UHGV virus genome: UHGV-0054069
Source of the DNA: a virus
DNA length: 64,000 bases
Direction: 5' to 3' (one strand)
Both the position numbers and the translations under genes were made by a program. Positions 34,074 through 47,529 of this stretch are shown piece after piece. Positions within the stretch are counted from its first letter, which is position 1; the number at the start of each line of letters is the position of its first letter. The notes under the pieces are model-generated. The model was not told where the DNA came from and ran no database searches. It worked only from the letters and a program-made list of their open reading frames with translations.

Positions 34074-34301
34074 ATGCAGACCCCGCTGACTGACGGGGCT
34101 GTAGAATCAACTTATGAAGAAGCAGATGAGATGAAATTTGTGCTTGCCATTTATGGAATGGAAGGGTGTAAAGAAACACTCGACCAACTTTTCTCAATGA
34201 CTTTCGTTGACCTATTATCTCTTCGTCAATATCTGGAAATCCAGAAGTCATATAAAGAAGAAATGGCCTATAACGAACTCAGAAAGGCAGGTAAAATTTA
34301 A
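34074..34301 (+). CDS. tail assembly chaperone partner (putative)
   Basis: position. Confidence 0.3.
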   Translation: MQTPLTDGAVESTYEEADEMKFVLAIYGMEGCKETLDQLFSMTFVDLLSLRQYLEIQKSYKEEMAYNELRKAGKI

Positions 34302-36532
34302 TGGCACAGTATACAGTTGATAGTTTTATTGTAGAACTTGGATTCAGTGAAAAGGTTGTAAAAGGTTTACAGAGAGTTGAAAAGATGGCTATGCAATCTG
34401 CTCAACGTATCGAGAAAAACATTAACAAAGCCTTTGACGTGAAGCCTAATAAAAGTTCTCAAGAAGCTCTAAACAGACTTGTTAAAAATGCTCAGACTGC
34501 TTCGGGCAGAATCAATAAATCCCTAAACAAATCTCTCAATTTAGATTCCCAAGGTGTTAAGTCTCTTCGTAAATTAGAGACACAGGGGAAGAAGACAGCC
34601 AAAGAAATTAATAAGGCTCTAAGACAGGCTATGAATGTTGATGGTAAAGTCAAGATTCGTGGTGTTGGTAGAGGCCGTGGTAATTCTAATCCTCCAATTG
34701 GTGGAGGTTCACCAAGAGTTAGACCTGATATTGCTCAGAGACAAATGGAAAGGATGTTTAATAACAACTTCTACTCTGGCCTTACTCGTCGTCTTGAAAC
34801 TATTGGTGGACAGGGTAACCAAATGGCTGCTTCTTTCAGAGGCAACTTGCAAGGAATCTATAACAAGTATAAAGGGAGTGGTAAGGTTGGTGAATATGAG
34901 ATGGAAGTTAAAAAACTCATTGACACAACCAAACGTTGGGTTATTGCAGAAAATGCTAGACTTAAGGCAGTCAGGGAGTCAGCTTGGCTACAGGATAGAG
35001 CAAACTCTTCACTAAGACAGTTAATTGGTGGTTTTGTTTCTGCCTATGCTTTGTTAGAATTAGCTCAGAAGACAATTGATGCAGGTGTTAAAAGACAGTC
35101 TGCACAGTTAGCCTCAACAGCTATCTTTGGAGCAGATACACAACAAGCTAGAATGTTCGCTGCTACGTTCGCTCACCAGATTGGTCAGAACTATACAGAC
35201 ACTATGAAGCAGTACTCAAACTTCGCTGCTGGTGCTCAACCTGCACTTGGTTTTGAAGGTACTCAGGAGTTTTATAAGAATGCTGCAATGTTCTCTCGTA
35301 TTAGAGGGGCATCTGATGAAGACTTGAAAGGTATCATGGTTGCTTTCCAGCAAATGGCATCTAAGGGTAAAGTTCAGGCTGAAGAACTTCGTGGTCAGTT
35401 AGGTGACCGTTTGGCAGGTGCTGTTCAGTTGTTCTCTGATGCTATTGGTAAGACTCCACAAGAACTTGATAAATTGATGCAGGATGGTAAGCTACTTGCT
35501 AAAGACGTTCTTCCAAAAGTCTCTGAGAAGATGAGAGAATTGGTTGACGCAGCAGGTGGTATGAATGCTGTATCTAAGCAGACTGCTACATCAATGGGCC
35601 AAGCAAAAGCTATGTGGGATAACACCTTAGTGGCTCTCTTCAACAGCTCTAGTGAGGGTATCTCACAGTTGTCTAACTCCGTTGCAATGTTCTTGCAAGG
35701 TTCCCTTGGGGCTACTGAAGCTCTTGGGACTGGTATTGACTACCTGTTAAAAGGTGCTAGTAACCTTCTGGACTTCATCACAGATATTATGTATCGAATC
35801 TCTGGACTGTACTACCTAGCAATGGGATACTACAGTGATTTAGGTGCAAGTCAACAGAAACTTATCAAGGAATCTGCTGAGTTAGTTGCAACGTTTACTG
35901 CTATCGGTGTTGCAATTGCAGCTATCACGAAAGTTGCTAAAATCTTCGGTGGTACTGTAGCATTTGTCAAGAGTATTTTTGAAGAAGGTATTTTGGCTAA
36001 GATTGCTCAAAAGCTTGGTCTGACAACCGCAGCAGAGACAGTAGCTACAACGGCTGGTGTAACAGGAACTAGAATGGCTCTTGGTGTAGGTGGTTCTGCA
36101 CTTATGATTTCAAGTTCGGCTGACCCAAATGCTGGGAAGAGATTTAGTGATGTTAATACACCAAACCCTTTCAACGAAGCTATTGCTGGGGTTACCAATG
36201 CTAAACGTCCGATGTTCTTTGACCAAAATGGACAGTTGAGGTTCGCACAATATACCACTGACACTTCTGGAAATATTCAGAGAGTGGATAATGGATTGTC
36301 AAATTGGGATATCATCATGAACAACCTGTCTGAGTCTTTAAACAACTTTGCAACTAAGTTTAACCAGACACCAATGATGATGAGTCCATCTGGATTCCCA
36401 TTACAAACTAAGCAGACGCTTAATGTTTCCTTTAATCTGGATGGTAAGCAGATTGCTAATAAAATGGTGGATATCACTAATAAGAGTCAGGAAGATATTC
36501 TGTTAAGTTCTAGCTACCCAGAGGATGAATAA
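34301..36532 (+). CDS. tail tape measure protein
   Basis: 743 aa, Ala/Gly/Gln-rich, helical, hydrophobic glycine-rich segment; canonical position. Confidence 0.65.
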   Translation: MAQYTVDSFIVELGFSEKVVKGLQRVEKMAMQSAQRIEKNINKAFDVKPNKSSQEALNRLVKNAQTASGRINKSLNKSLNLDSQGVKSLRKLETQGKKTAKEINKALRQAMNVDGKVKIRGVGRGRGNSNPPIGGGSPRVRPDIAQRQMERMFNNNFYSGLTRRLETIGGQGNQMAASFRGNLQGIYNKYKGSGKVGEYEMEVKKLIDTTKRWVIAENARLKAVRESAWLQDRANSSLRQLIGGFVSAYALLELAQKTIDAGVKRQSAQLASTAIFGADTQQARMFAATFAHQIGQNYTDTMKQYSNFAAGAQPALGFEGTQEFYKNAAMFSRIRGASDEDLKGIMVAFQQMASKGKVQAEELRGQLGDRLAGAVQLFSDAIGKTPQELDKLMQDGKLLAKDVLPKVSEKMRELVDAAGGMNAVSKQTATSMGQAKAMWDNTLVALFNSSSEGISQLSNSVAMFLQGSLGATEALGTGIDYLLKGASNLLDFITDIMYRISGLYYLAMGYYSDLGASQQKLIKESAELVATFTAIGVAIAAITKVAKIFGGTVAFVKSIFEEGILAKIAQKLGLTTAAETVATTAGVTGTRMALGVGGSALMISSSADPNAGKRFSDVNTPNPFNEAIAGVTNAKRPMFFDQNGQLRFAQYTTDTSGNIQRVDNGLSNWDIIMNNLSESLNNFATKFNQTPMMMSPSGFPLQTKQTLNVSFNLDGKQIANKMVDITNKSQEDILLSSSYPEDE

Positions 36533-37337
36533 TGTTATGGGATAACAACATGCAAATCAAGTATTCTGGAAAGGATGGTATTTATTTCCATCTGAGGGAT
36601 AATGTAGATGCTTTCCTTACACTATCTGCAACAGAAAACATGGAGTATGACTCACCTATGTTGGTGACAACTCAATCGGTTCAAAGTGGTCAAACAGTCA
36701 CAGATAACGTACAGCGTTCTCCAAAGACTATTTCCATTAGTGGTGTTGTTGTAGTGGGCTACGAAGGTAGCCTTCTATTAACTCGTCAAGGTCAACTTGT
36801 AGAGAACTTCATTAGCACAGTTGAAACGTGGAGAGACCAGAAACAGATTATTTCAATTGTCTGTAAAGATGGTATCAAGATTGATGATTCTATTATTACA
36901 CAGTTTAAAGCTTCGAAGGAACATACAATTGCTAATGGTCTTCGTATTCAGATGACCTTTCAAGAAATTAACTTTAAAGCTGTAGTTGGGACAACTGATG
37001 TTTCTGCTGCAACTGGTAAAACATCGACGACAAAAGATGATGGAGTTACTTCTAAGAAGAATACAGGTAACACTACAACATCTATTGGAAATGGTAAACT
37101 GAACTGTCAACTATTATATGACTTGCGAGCTAACGGAGTAAGACCACTTTCTAGTGCAGAACAGAAAGCTTTAGGTAATTGCGGTCTTTCTGCAAACACT
37201 AGTAAAGGTGTTACATCATTTAGTGATAAAGCTAACGCTGATGCTGCAAGTGCAATTAGGCAGTCTCAACTTACTGCTGGTGAAGGTAATGCACTTAAGA
37301 CTCATTCTGTAAACCCTAACAAAAAAGGAACTTACTA

Positions 37338-37338
<1 letters not shown>
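36532..37338 (+). CDS. tail/baseplate protein (putative)
   Basis: position. Confidence 0.4.
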
Positions 37339-39293
<1,955 letters not shown>

Positions 39294-39294
<1 letters not shown>

Positions 39295-39710
39295 TGAAGA
39301 CAGATTTTGCAATTAATCTTGGTGGAGACTACGTAGCGAAAATGGGTAATGACTCTGTATACGTAGCCCACGGAGATTTAAAAATTACGGGTAATCAAAT
39401 TAGAATTATCCCAGAAGATGATAAAGCTACACAGGTAGCACAGAGATTACATATTAGGTGTCTTCTAAGGGCTGGAGAAGTGTTCTTTAATACCTCTGCT
39501 GGGTTCCCTTATTTGCAGCTTGCTAAGTTTAAACAGAAGACCTCTATTTTTGATAATTATATGAAAGGTTACCTTGTTGAAACGAGAGATGTAACAAACA
39601 TCTACAACTACTCTTCAACAATGGACAATGCAATGAGAAAAGTGTCAGTCAGATTTAATGCAACGACAACTGCTGACAATGTTGAAATTAATACAGAGGT
39701 AAACATTTAA
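39294..39710 (+). CDS. baseplate wedge protein, gp25/gpW-like (putative)
   Basis: 138 aa before large baseplate protein. Confidence 0.35.
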
Positions 39711-41179
39711 TGGCTGGATTAACAAATACAGGTTTACAAACAAAAAGATATCAAGAAATCTTGGATGATGTTAAAGCAAGTCTGTATAGAGATATCTCAC
39801 CAAACCTTGATGTTTCTGAAGATAGCGAACTTGGGTTATTCTTAGCTTCTGTTTGCCGAGGTCTTGCAGACGTTCATGAAATCTTGTCAGAAATCTATGA
39901 TGGTGGTACTATTGACAAAGCTGAAGGATTCAGTTTAGATGATGTAACAGCTTTGAATGCTGTATACAGATATGTGGCACAGGCTACAAGAGGTCAAGCT
40001 GAGTTCACTGGTAATTCTGGTGCTCCTGTACCAGCCACTACAAGATTAAGAAGCACAGCAGGTAACATCTTTTACCCTGTGTCAACTTTCACACTGACTC
40101 CATCTTATTGTGTAGAGGCAAACTTAGAAGTTAACTCTTTACGAACAGATGCAAACTATGTCATTATCATTGACAACATTGAGTATTCATATCAGCCGAC
40201 TAGCTCTGACACCATTACAACATTGCTACAGAAACTTGCAGACTCTATCAATGGTGGTATTGTTGCAAAGGCTGAAGTTATTAATGATGGTTCAGTGCTA
40301 AGAATTTATAAAGACACTGGAGATATCATTGCCAGAACTAACCCTATGGTTGTGACTGCAACGACATTCTTAACATTTACAAAGATTACCTCAATCAGTG
40401 ACGTTGTAGCAGATGAAACTGGAGCTATCCAGACTCTGGCAGGAACCTTGATTGAGATTGAAACAACTGTAGATGGTCTTGACAGTGTTTTCAACAGATA
40501 TGACTTGACAACTGGTCGTGATGAGGAAACTGACACAGAACTGAGACAACGTTACTTAGAATCTTTGGCTGTTACTGGTGTGGGTACTCTGGATGCTATT
40601 GTAGCTGCTGTAAAGAGAGTTCAAGGTGTGTCTGACGCTTCTGGTGTAGAGAATGACACTGAGACAACAAACTCTGATGGTCTTCCTCCGAAGTCTTTTA
40701 AGATTGTTGTAGTTGGTGGTCAGAATGATAATATTGCACAGGCAATCTGGGACACGAAACCTGCTGGTATTCGCCCATTTGGTTCAATCTTTGGGACTGC
40801 ATATGACTTAGGTTCTCTCCCTCATGATGTTTACTTTAGCAGACCAATGCCTAAATATGTTTTTGTCAAGGTTGCTTACTCTCTTTACGATGAAGAAACT
40901 CTTAACATCCCTGAACAGGATATTCACGACAGGATTGTTCAAGGCATTAATGCCTATGGTAGAACATTGAAAGTGGGTAATGATGTAATCCCTAATAGAA
41001 TCTATGGACATATCTATGATGTGATTCAAGGTATTGAAATTAATGAGATTAAGGTTGCACTCTCAAATAACCAAGCAATCCCACCTGCTGAGGGCCAGTA
41101 CACTACTTCAAGAATCACTATTGATGGTGACCAGTACACTGTTTGGGAAAGCTCACAGTATACAATTGCCAAGGAGTAA
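39710..41179 (+). CDS. baseplate J-like protein (putative)
   Basis: 489 aa, position. Confidence 0.35.
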   Translation: MAGLTNTGLQTKRYQEILDDVKASLYRDISPNLDVSEDSELGLFLASVCRGLADVHEILSEIYDGGTIDKAEGFSLDDVTALNAVYRYVAQATRGQAEFTGNSGAPVPATTRLRSTAGNIFYPVSTFTLTPSYCVEANLEVNSLRTDANYVIIIDNIEYSYQPTSSDTITTLLQKLADSINGGIVAKAEVINDGSVLRIYKDTGDIIARTNPMVVTATTFLTFTKITSISDVVADETGAIQTLAGTLIEIETTVDGLDSVFNRYDLTTGRDEETDTELRQRYLESLAVTGVGTLDAIVAAVKRVQGVSDASGVENDTETTNSDGLPPKSFKIVVVGGQNDNIAQAIWDTKPAGIRPFGSIFGTAYDLGSLPHDVYFSRPMPKYVFVKVAYSLYDEETLNIPEQDIHDRIVQGINAYGRTLKVGNDVIPNRIYGHIYDVIQGIEINEIKVALSNNQAIPPAEGQYTTSRITIDGDQYTVWESSQYTIAKE

Positions 41180-41181
41180 CA

Positions 41182-42039
41182 ATGTTTAAAAAGATTGAAA
41201 ACTTTTATGAGAAAACATTGGACGAAAGAACTGTAACTCAATTCAAAGACAAGTTTATCTACACAAGCCTATTGAAATCTATCACAGATGAGTTACAATT
41301 ATTAGAGGATATTAGTAATCAGTTATATACTGAAAGGAATATTCGTGTAGGTGTTGGCACACAACTTGATAACATCGGGGCTTTAATTAAAGTCCCTAGA
41401 CCTATTGGTGCTGATGATGACACTTACAGAGCTATCCTCTACATTCAAATTTTCTTAAGACGTTCTGACACTACACCAAGCTTTTTACAAAAAGCTGTCA
41501 TGACTCTTTACGATGCCTCATTCAGCCAGATTTTTGAGCATATTACGCCAAATACTGGTGGGATTGTTGTCCGTGTAAACACTCGTAATAATGTGTTAGA
41601 TACAGCATACACGCTTTCTAAGATTGCTGCAACAACTATTGGTTCAGCAGTTATCCTTAGAGATGTTACCTTAAATGGTACTGCTTGGACTCCTGTAGAG
41701 GTTGCTGATTCATCTCTGGCAATCACTGATGAGAGCAACAACTGGTTCGTAACCAACACTAACAAGGGTCTAATTACGAACAACACAGGTGGCTCCCTAG
41801 AAGCAAATAAATTAGGTAGTTTTGCAGATGCAGGTGTAAGAGATGGTTATGTCAGAGTTGATAAAACTGGTGGCAGTGCCAGTAAAGATTATTTAAAAGT
41901 CAGCAAAACAAACAATAGCAACGACTATTTTATTGCTGGTAAAGAAACAGTAGCGGGTGGTGATTATGGGGTTATGGCAGAAGTCGCCCAAATCGTCAAA
42001 GGCAGAAAAGATAAATCTCAACAAGAAGGAAGTTCATAA
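41182..42039 (+). CDS. baseplate/tail fibre-associated protein (putative)
   Basis: start moved to ATG 41182 with AAGGAG RBS. Confidence 0.4.
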   Translation: MFKKIENFYEKTLDERTVTQFKDKFIYTSLLKSITDELQLLEDISNQLYTERNIRVGVGTQLDNIGALIKVPRPIGADDDTYRAILYIQIFLRRSDTTPSFLQKAVMTLYDASFSQIFEHITPNTGGIVVRVNTRNNVLDTAYTLSKIAATTIGSAVILRDVTLNGTAWTPVEVADSSLAITDESNNWFVTNTNKGLITNNTGGSLEANKLGSFADAGVRDGYVRVDKTGGSASKDYLKVSKTNNSNDYFIAGKETVAGGDYGVMAEVAQIVKGRKDKSQQEGSS

Positions 42040-42338
42040 TGTCTCTTTCATGGTCTACAGACACAGTGGATGCTGATGGTAACCAGCTTAAAGTTTTACC
42101 ACCTCCAGAAATTCAAGCCACTGGCCTATTAAGGGGTGAGCCTATGGGTCGTCAGTGGTTCAACTATATTATCAACTATTTGCTTAATAAAGTAAATGGT
42201 ACGGTTGGAGAGGTTCGTTCATTTGCTACGGAGCAACCTGATTTAGTTGCCAATGGTTGGGAATTAATTGACACAGTAACAGGGACTGCACACACCAGCA
42301 CTACTAACCTTTACACATATGAATATAAAGGGAGCTAA
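42039..42338 (+). CDS. hypothetical tail protein
   Basis: position. Confidence 0.4.
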   Translation: MSLSWSTDTVDADGNQLKVLPPPEIQATGLLRGEPMGRQWFNYIINYLLNKVNGTVGEVRSFATEQPDLVANGWELIDTVTGTAHTSTTNLYTYEYKGS

Positions 42339-42340
42339 TA

Positions 42341-43516
42341 ATGGCAGTCGGTGAAATTCAAATTAGTGCATTACCTCAAGCCTCATTACCTATTGATTTA
42401 AGTGATATCTTTCACCTTAAGCAAGGTATTGAGGATAGGCGATGCACACTTGAGCAATTACTTGCTCCACACGCATCTTTGAGAAATAACCCACACGGTG
42501 TTACAAAGGTTCACGTAGACCTTGGGAATGTTGTTAATGCACTCCAATTAGTGGCTGCTAATAACTTGTCAGATGTGGTCAGTGTTGAAGAGGCTAGACA
42601 GAATCTTAATATTCTATCAAGTGATGAAGTCAATACTCTTATCCAGAACCACATTAATGACAAGAATAATCCTCACAACACCAACAAGATTCAAGTAGGT
42701 TTGTCTAATATCCAAAACTGGACATATTCAAACTCTTATTCTGAAGATGCTGATAAGTATGCTACTGCAAAAGCTGTGAATGCTTTATATAGAGCTATTC
42801 AGGATAGCTATCCAATTGGTACTATTCATTTATCAGTTAACCCTGCGAACCCAACTACATATTTACTTTGTGGTGGTACTTGGGAGTTAGTTTCTAAAGG
42901 AAGGTCTCTTGTTGGTTATGACACAGATACAAGACCTGTAGAATCAGTATTTGGTTCTGCTACTGCAACACTTACACAAAATAACATTCCAAGTCACACA
43001 CACTCTGTGTTGCTAACTGGTGGTGGGCACTCTCATAATGCAACAGTAGTAATTTCTAGCTTTGACTATGGGATTAAGAACACATCAAGTTTTGATTATG
43101 ATTCTAAGGCCACAAATGACTCTGGAAGCCACGCTCATAACGTTAATGGTTCTGTAAGCAGTGCTGGTAGCCACAGCCACAGGATTCCATTGAGGGGTTC
43201 TGACAGGGGTGGTGTGAACGCTATCACAGCATCGGCTGATGCAGGTATTGGTAATGCGTCATATACAGACTTTGATGGGGTTCATACACATACATTCAAC
43301 GTTAACTCTTCAGTTGGTGGTAACCACTCTCACAGTGTGTATATTGGAGCACATGGACACAGTGTTGTAATTGGTTCGCATGGACACTCTGGTACTGTGA
43401 CAGTTCAATCTTCTGAACACACTCACTCAGGAACAACTGGTGCATTTGGTGCTGGACAAGCATTTAATATTGAGCAACCTTCTTATGTTGTATATGTTTG
43501 GAAGAGAACTGCGTAA
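42341..43516 (+). CDS. tail fibre protein with C-terminal HxH repeats
   Basis: repeated HxH (SHTHSV, GHSHNA, SHAHNV, SHSHRI, VHTHTF, NHSHSV, HGHS) and C-terminal ..YVVYVWKRTA. Confidence 0.6.
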   Translation: MAVGEIQISALPQASLPIDLSDIFHLKQGIEDRRCTLEQLLAPHASLRNNPHGVTKVHVDLGNVVNALQLVAANNLSDVVSVEEARQNLNILSSDEVNTLIQNHINDKNNPHNTNKIQVGLSNIQNWTYSNSYSEDADKYATAKAVNALYRAIQDSYPIGTIHLSVNPANPTTYLLCGGTWELVSKGRSLVGYDTDTRPVESVFGSATATLTQNNIPSHTHSVLLTGGGHSHNATVVISSFDYGIKNTSSFDYDSKATNDSGSHAHNVNGSVSSAGSHSHRIPLRGSDRGGVNAITASADAGIGNASYTDFDGVHTHTFNVNSSVGGNHSHSVYIGAHGHSVVIGSHGHSGTVTVQSSEHTHSGTTGAFGAGQAFNIEQPSYVVYVWKRTA

Positions 43517-43561
43517 TTATTTTATAAGGGGCTACACAGCCCCTAGAAAGAGGATTTATAA

Positions 43562-45937
43562 ATGGCTGAATATAAGCTAAGTGAGCTAAACAGTATTGAC
43601 ACAGTTCGCTCAGAAGATTTACTTCACCTAAGAATTATCAAAAGGTCTGATATGCTAGGTGATGAAGACCGTAAAATGACCTATGCAAATTTCCTTGCCT
43701 CTTTCAAACTAGAAAGATTCTTACAACTAACTGGTGGGGATATGACAGGGAATCTTGGCATCGTCAAATTAAGATACGGTGGAAAAGACTTATTAGACCC
43801 AACAGGTTCTTCTGAGGTTATTCTCGGTGACACTGCCAAGACCTTTAGAATTAATGCGAGTGCTTTAAGATTAACTGTAAACGATGCCACAAGGTCTGCA
43901 ACAGTTTATCACACACTTAATAAACCATCTCCTAATGAATTAGGTATGAGAACTAATACTGAAAATGATGCAAGATATGCTATGAAGGAAACTGAAAATA
44001 CTTTCTTGGCAAGACAAATCATTAATATCAACGGTGTTGGTCTAACACTTAAAAGTATCTTACCAGATGGTGGAGCATATATTGAAGCAAGGGACTCAAA
44101 TAATGCTTTGAGATTCACAGTTGGTAACTTGACTTCTGGTACTGATGTTACATTAGTTAATAGTAAGGGTGCTACGTTGACTCTTGGCACAAACTCTGTT
44201 AGTGTTGATAAGAATTTTGAAATCAATGGACAGGTTCAGCCTAATAACTGGAATAACCTTGATGCAAGATTCTTTACACAAACTGCTGCTGACCAGAGAT
44301 TTGCAAAACTTAATGCAAGTAATAACTTTGTTGGGGTTAACAACTTCAATGGTAAGACTTATGTTATTGCAGATAGTAATGCACTTAACTTAAGAGCGGT
44401 TACAGAGAATGCTGCATTATTTATGCGTGGTTATAACAGTGCTGGGACAGGAACTTGGTATGTAGGTCAACCAGATGGTACGCAGTCTGAGATTGTTTTA
44501 GCAAACCAGATGACAAATGTTAACTTGAAAATTGCTACAGAGTTTTCATTTAACAAAGCTATCAATGTAGCTGGTCAGGTAAAACCAAGTGACTTTTCTA
44601 ACTTTGATACAAGATATGTTCCAAGCTCTTTGACGAACGTTCTTGCAAGAACTAATGCTGCAAACGTTTTTACTAGTCCACAGACTATCAATACTGACAG
44701 CGACAATCCTTTTAGACTACAGGCAACAGTACAAGACTCTGGAATCTACATGTCTGCACATAATGCTAATGGGGGCAGGAGATGGTGGTTGGGTATTGGT
44801 GATGCTGGTCAAAACAATGTGGTACTTAACAATGATGTAACAGGAAAGGCAATCAATATTGGTACTGATTTAGATGTGAATACACATGTGAATATTGTTG
44901 GACAAGTAAGACCAAGCGATTGGTCAAACTTTGACTCAAGATACTACACACAATCTGCTTCAAACTCAAGATATATGTTGTCTGGTGTATCTGGAACGGG
45001 AACAGAAGTTGGTGATACAACAGGTATTGCTTGGAATTCAAAAACAGGTTTGTACAGTGTTACAAATTCAACTGGTGGGTCTACTCACTTAGTTTACCAA
45101 ATGTACCTTGGAGTTGGTGCATCTACACCGACTGCACAGTTTAAATTTAACTACAAGAATACTGGAATCTATTATAGAACAGCAAGGGATGGATTTGGTT
45201 TTGAAGAGGTTTGGGCTAAAATCTACACAGACCAAGACAAACCTACACCCTCTGAACTTGGTGCTTACACCAAGGCTGAAGTAGACCAACGTATTGCTTC
45301 CGCTGTAACTGATGCTACAGACCTTAAGAAAGTGTATCCAGTTGGTATTGTGACGTTCTTTGCTTCTAATGTCAACCCAAATACAGCTTTCCCAGGCACT
45401 ACTTGGACTTACTTAACTGAGGGTGCAAACAGAACTATTAGGATTGGTTCTGAAAATGGCTCTGATGTGAAAGGTCTTGGTGGTGCTGATACGGTTGCAT
45501 TAAGTGTTGGTCACATCCCTGCACACACTCACGGCTTCTCTGGGACAACTTCTTGGTTTGACTATGGAACTAAGTACACAGATGGTCAGGGTGCTCACGA
45601 CCATGACAGAGGTAATATGGAAATCTCTGGTAACTTTGGATGGTTTAGAAGTGATAATAACTCGTTCTACGTTGCAGACGGTGCTTTTGCAATGAGTGGT
45701 AGCCAAGGTGGGCATAGCTGGACAGGTTCTAACTTCACTTATGGTGCGCCAGTTAACTTCTATGCTTCCAGAACTTGGACAGGTAGAACAAGTTGGGGAG
45801 GTGCTCATGCTCACGGTGTAGGCATTGGTGGACACAACCACACATTCAGTGGTGACACTGGTGCAACTGGTTCTGGTGCAGCATTCAGTGTTCTTAACAC
45901 TTACATTAAACTAATGGCTTGGGTAAGAACTGCATAA
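43562..45937 (+). CDS. long tail fibre protein with internal repeats and C-terminal HxH motifs
   Basis: three ~90-aa repeats (V.P..W.N.D.R); C-terminal AHTHGF, AHDHD, AHAHGV, HNHTF; ends ..AWVRTA like the preceding fibre. Confidence 0.6.
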   Translation: MAEYKLSELNSIDTVRSEDLLHLRIIKRSDMLGDEDRKMTYANFLASFKLERFLQLTGGDMTGNLGIVKLRYGGKDLLDPTGSSEVILGDTAKTFRINASALRLTVNDATRSATVYHTLNKPSPNELGMRTNTENDARYAMKETENTFLARQIININGVGLTLKSILPDGGAYIEARDSNNALRFTVGNLTSGTDVTLVNSKGATLTLGTNSVSVDKNFEINGQVQPNNWNNLDARFFTQTAADQRFAKLNASNNFVGVNNFNGKTYVIADSNALNLRAVTENAALFMRGYNSAGTGTWYVGQPDGTQSEIVLANQMTNVNLKIATEFSFNKAINVAGQVKPSDFSNFDTRYVPSSLTNVLARTNAANVFTSPQTINTDSDNPFRLQATVQDSGIYMSAHNANGGRRWWLGIGDAGQNNVVLNNDVTGKAINIGTDLDVNTHVNIVGQVRPSDWSNFDSRYYTQSASNSRYMLSGVSGTGTEVGDTTGIAWNSKTGLYSVTNSTGGSTHLVYQMYLGVGASTPTAQFKFNYKNTGIYYRTARDGFGFEEVWAKIYTDQDKPTPSELGAYTKAEVDQRIASAVTDATDLKKVYPVGIVTFFASNVNPNTAFPGTTWTYLTEGANRTIRIGSENGSDVKGLGGADTVALSVGHIPAHTHGFSGTTSWFDYGTKYTDGQGAHDHDRGNMEISGNFGWFRSDNNSFYVADGAFAMSGSQGGHSWTGSNFTYGAPVNFYASRTWTGRTSWGGAHAHGVGIGGHNHTFSGDTGATGSGAAFSVLNTYIKLMAWVRTA

Positions 45938-45945
45938 TTACCTTG

Positions 45946-45974
45946 TTGACTAACTGTCAAGATGGTGTTAATAT
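45946..45974 (+). promoter_or_regulatory. sigma70-like promoter (TTGACT-N17-TAATAT) overlapped by palindromes
   Basis: TTGACTAACTGTCAA palindrome and GATGGTG..CACCATC inverted repeat. Confidence 0.5.
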
Positions 45975-46023
45975 TTCTTAGTAGGTATTCTCACCATCTT
46001 GGCTCAAGAAGTAAGGTGATTAA

Positions 46024-46218
46024 ATGCCAACCATTCTAGCAATCCTCTTGAAAAATCTTGGGGCATTCTTCTGGAAGCTTCTACTTTCTCTTCTTAGCGA
46101 ATACATGATTGAAAAAGTGTTCTTCAAGCTTGCAAGATACCTTGCGAGTAAAACAGACACACCTATTGATGATGAATTTGTAGATACCTTGGAAAAGGCT
46201 TTTAAGGGTGAAAAATAA
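46024..46218 (+). CDS. small hydrophobic protein (holin-like candidate)
   Basis: 64 aa, N-terminal hydrophobic helix TILAILLKNLGAFFWKLLLSLL. Confidence 0.35.
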   Translation: MPTILAILLKNLGAFFWKLLLSLLSEYMIEKVFFKLARYLASKTDTPIDDEFVDTLEKAFKGEK

Positions 46219-46592
46219 TGAAGTGGATTGAAGAGGCTTTTAAGAACAACATTGGTGCAATTGTTGTAGGTATTTTCAGTGTAATTGGTATGTACACTAC
46301 GATGCAGGTCTCTGATGGAAAGCAAGAAGTTTCTATCAACACAAAGTTACAACAGTTGGATGGTTACTCAAAAGGTAACTATTCAGCTATTCGTGATTTA
46401 CAGTCTGATATGAAACTCCTTCAGTTAGGGATGGAAAACCAGAAAGTGCAGTTAGAGAACGTTAAAGGTGAAAACGCTAAGTTGACCAAAACCCTTGATA
46501 AATTCTCAGATAGTGTGAACAACTTAGCACAGTCTGTATCAGCTTTACAAGCAATTACCGAACAAAATACACAGAATGCTAAAAAGAAATAA
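46218..46592 (+). CDS. membrane-anchored coiled-coil protein (i-spanin-like candidate)
   Basis: N-terminal TM (IGAIVVGIFSVIGMY) then coiled-coil-like region. Confidence 0.35.
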   Translation: MKWIEEAFKNNIGAIVVGIFSVIGMYTTMQVSDGKQEVSINTKLQQLDGYSKGNYSAIRDLQSDMKLLQLGMENQKVQLENVKGENAKLTKTLDKFSDSVNNLAQSVSALQAITEQNTQNAKKK

Positions 46593-46596
46593 TGCT

Positions 46597-46626
46597 AAGG
46601 CTCCCGTAAAAAGGAGCCTTTTTTGT
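46597..46626. terminator. bidirectional rho-independent terminator
   Basis: GGCTCC-CGTAAAAA-GGAGCC flanked by A-run and T-run; between convergent genes. Confidence 0.7.
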
Positions 46627-46628
46627 AT

Positions 46629-47528
46629 CTACTTACCTACTGACAAGGGAGCTTCAATCTTACCAGCATGTCGGTAATCTTTCAAGCCACCTATAAAGTC
46701 ACTTGCTGTTAAGTGTTTCAGGTCATCAATACTGTTTAACTCAACATCAATCTCAAATTTAGGTGCTGGGTAATCTTCGTTACCTAACAACTGATAAACT
46801 TGCTGCATATGGTTCAGGTAAATCTGGGTATCACCAAAAGTACCAACAAGATAACGTGGAGTTAAACCTGTCATCTTACAAAGCACATGTAGGATAAACC
46901 CATAAGATGCAATGTTAAAGGGCAAACCTAAAAATGTGTCGCATGAACGCTGATACCATTTCAAGTCAACCTCTCCAGTATTCGAGATATAAATCTGGAA
47001 AAGTACATGACAAGGGGCTAATGCCATAGAGTTGCTTGAGATATCTGCTGCATTCCATGCGTTAACCAGCATGTAACGGTCTGTAGGAGACTTTTTCATC
47101 TTATCCACAAGATTACTCAACTGGTCAACGACAACCCCACCATGCCCCTCAAAAGCCCTCCATTGGACACCATAGATTCGTCCACCTGCATCTTCCAACC
47201 AATCATTTTCAGTTGCATAGGTTGTCTTTAACCAACGTTCAAAATCATCTGTCCAGATAGTCCAACGCTCTCCATCGTTCTCTCCCCAAGTTCTGTAACG
47301 TAAATCACCCAACTTGTTTTCACCATTCAAAAACCACAATGCTTCACCGATAACTTGACGCATAAAGGTTTGCTTTGAAGTGATTAACGGGAAACCACTA
47401 CGCATATCAAAACGAAATTCTGGAGGTGCAAACGTTGTAACAACCTTTCCAGTTCTTGTTTTACGTTCTTCCCCAACAGAAAGAACATGGTTGAGAATCC
47501 CTTTGTAACTTATATCTGCTTGTGACAT
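46629..47528 (-). CDS. thyA: thymidylate synthase (ThyA family)
   Basis: ALAPCH active-site Cys motif and QRSCDTFLGLPFNIASY; Asn in PFNIAS as in canonical ThyA. Confidence 0.85.
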   Translation of the reverse strand: MSQADISYKGILNHVLSVGEERKTRTGKVVTTFAPPEFRFDMRSGFPLITSKQTFMRQVIGEALWFLNGENKLGDLRYRTWGENDGERWTIWTDDFERWLKTTYATENDWLEDAGGRIYGVQWRAFEGHGGVVVDQLSNLVDKMKKSPTDRYMLVNAWNAADISSNSMALAPCHVLFQIYISNTGEVDLKWYQRSCDTFLGLPFNIASYGFILHVLCKMTGLTPRYLVGTFGDTQIYLNHMQQVYQLLGNEDYPAPKFEIDVELNSIDDLKHLTASDFIGGLKDYRHAGKIEAPLSVGK

Positions 47529-47529
47529 A

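Noticed and set aside
34635-36477. ORFs on both strands inside the tape measure gene
   Set aside because: Embedded in a 743-aa gene with canonical position and composition.
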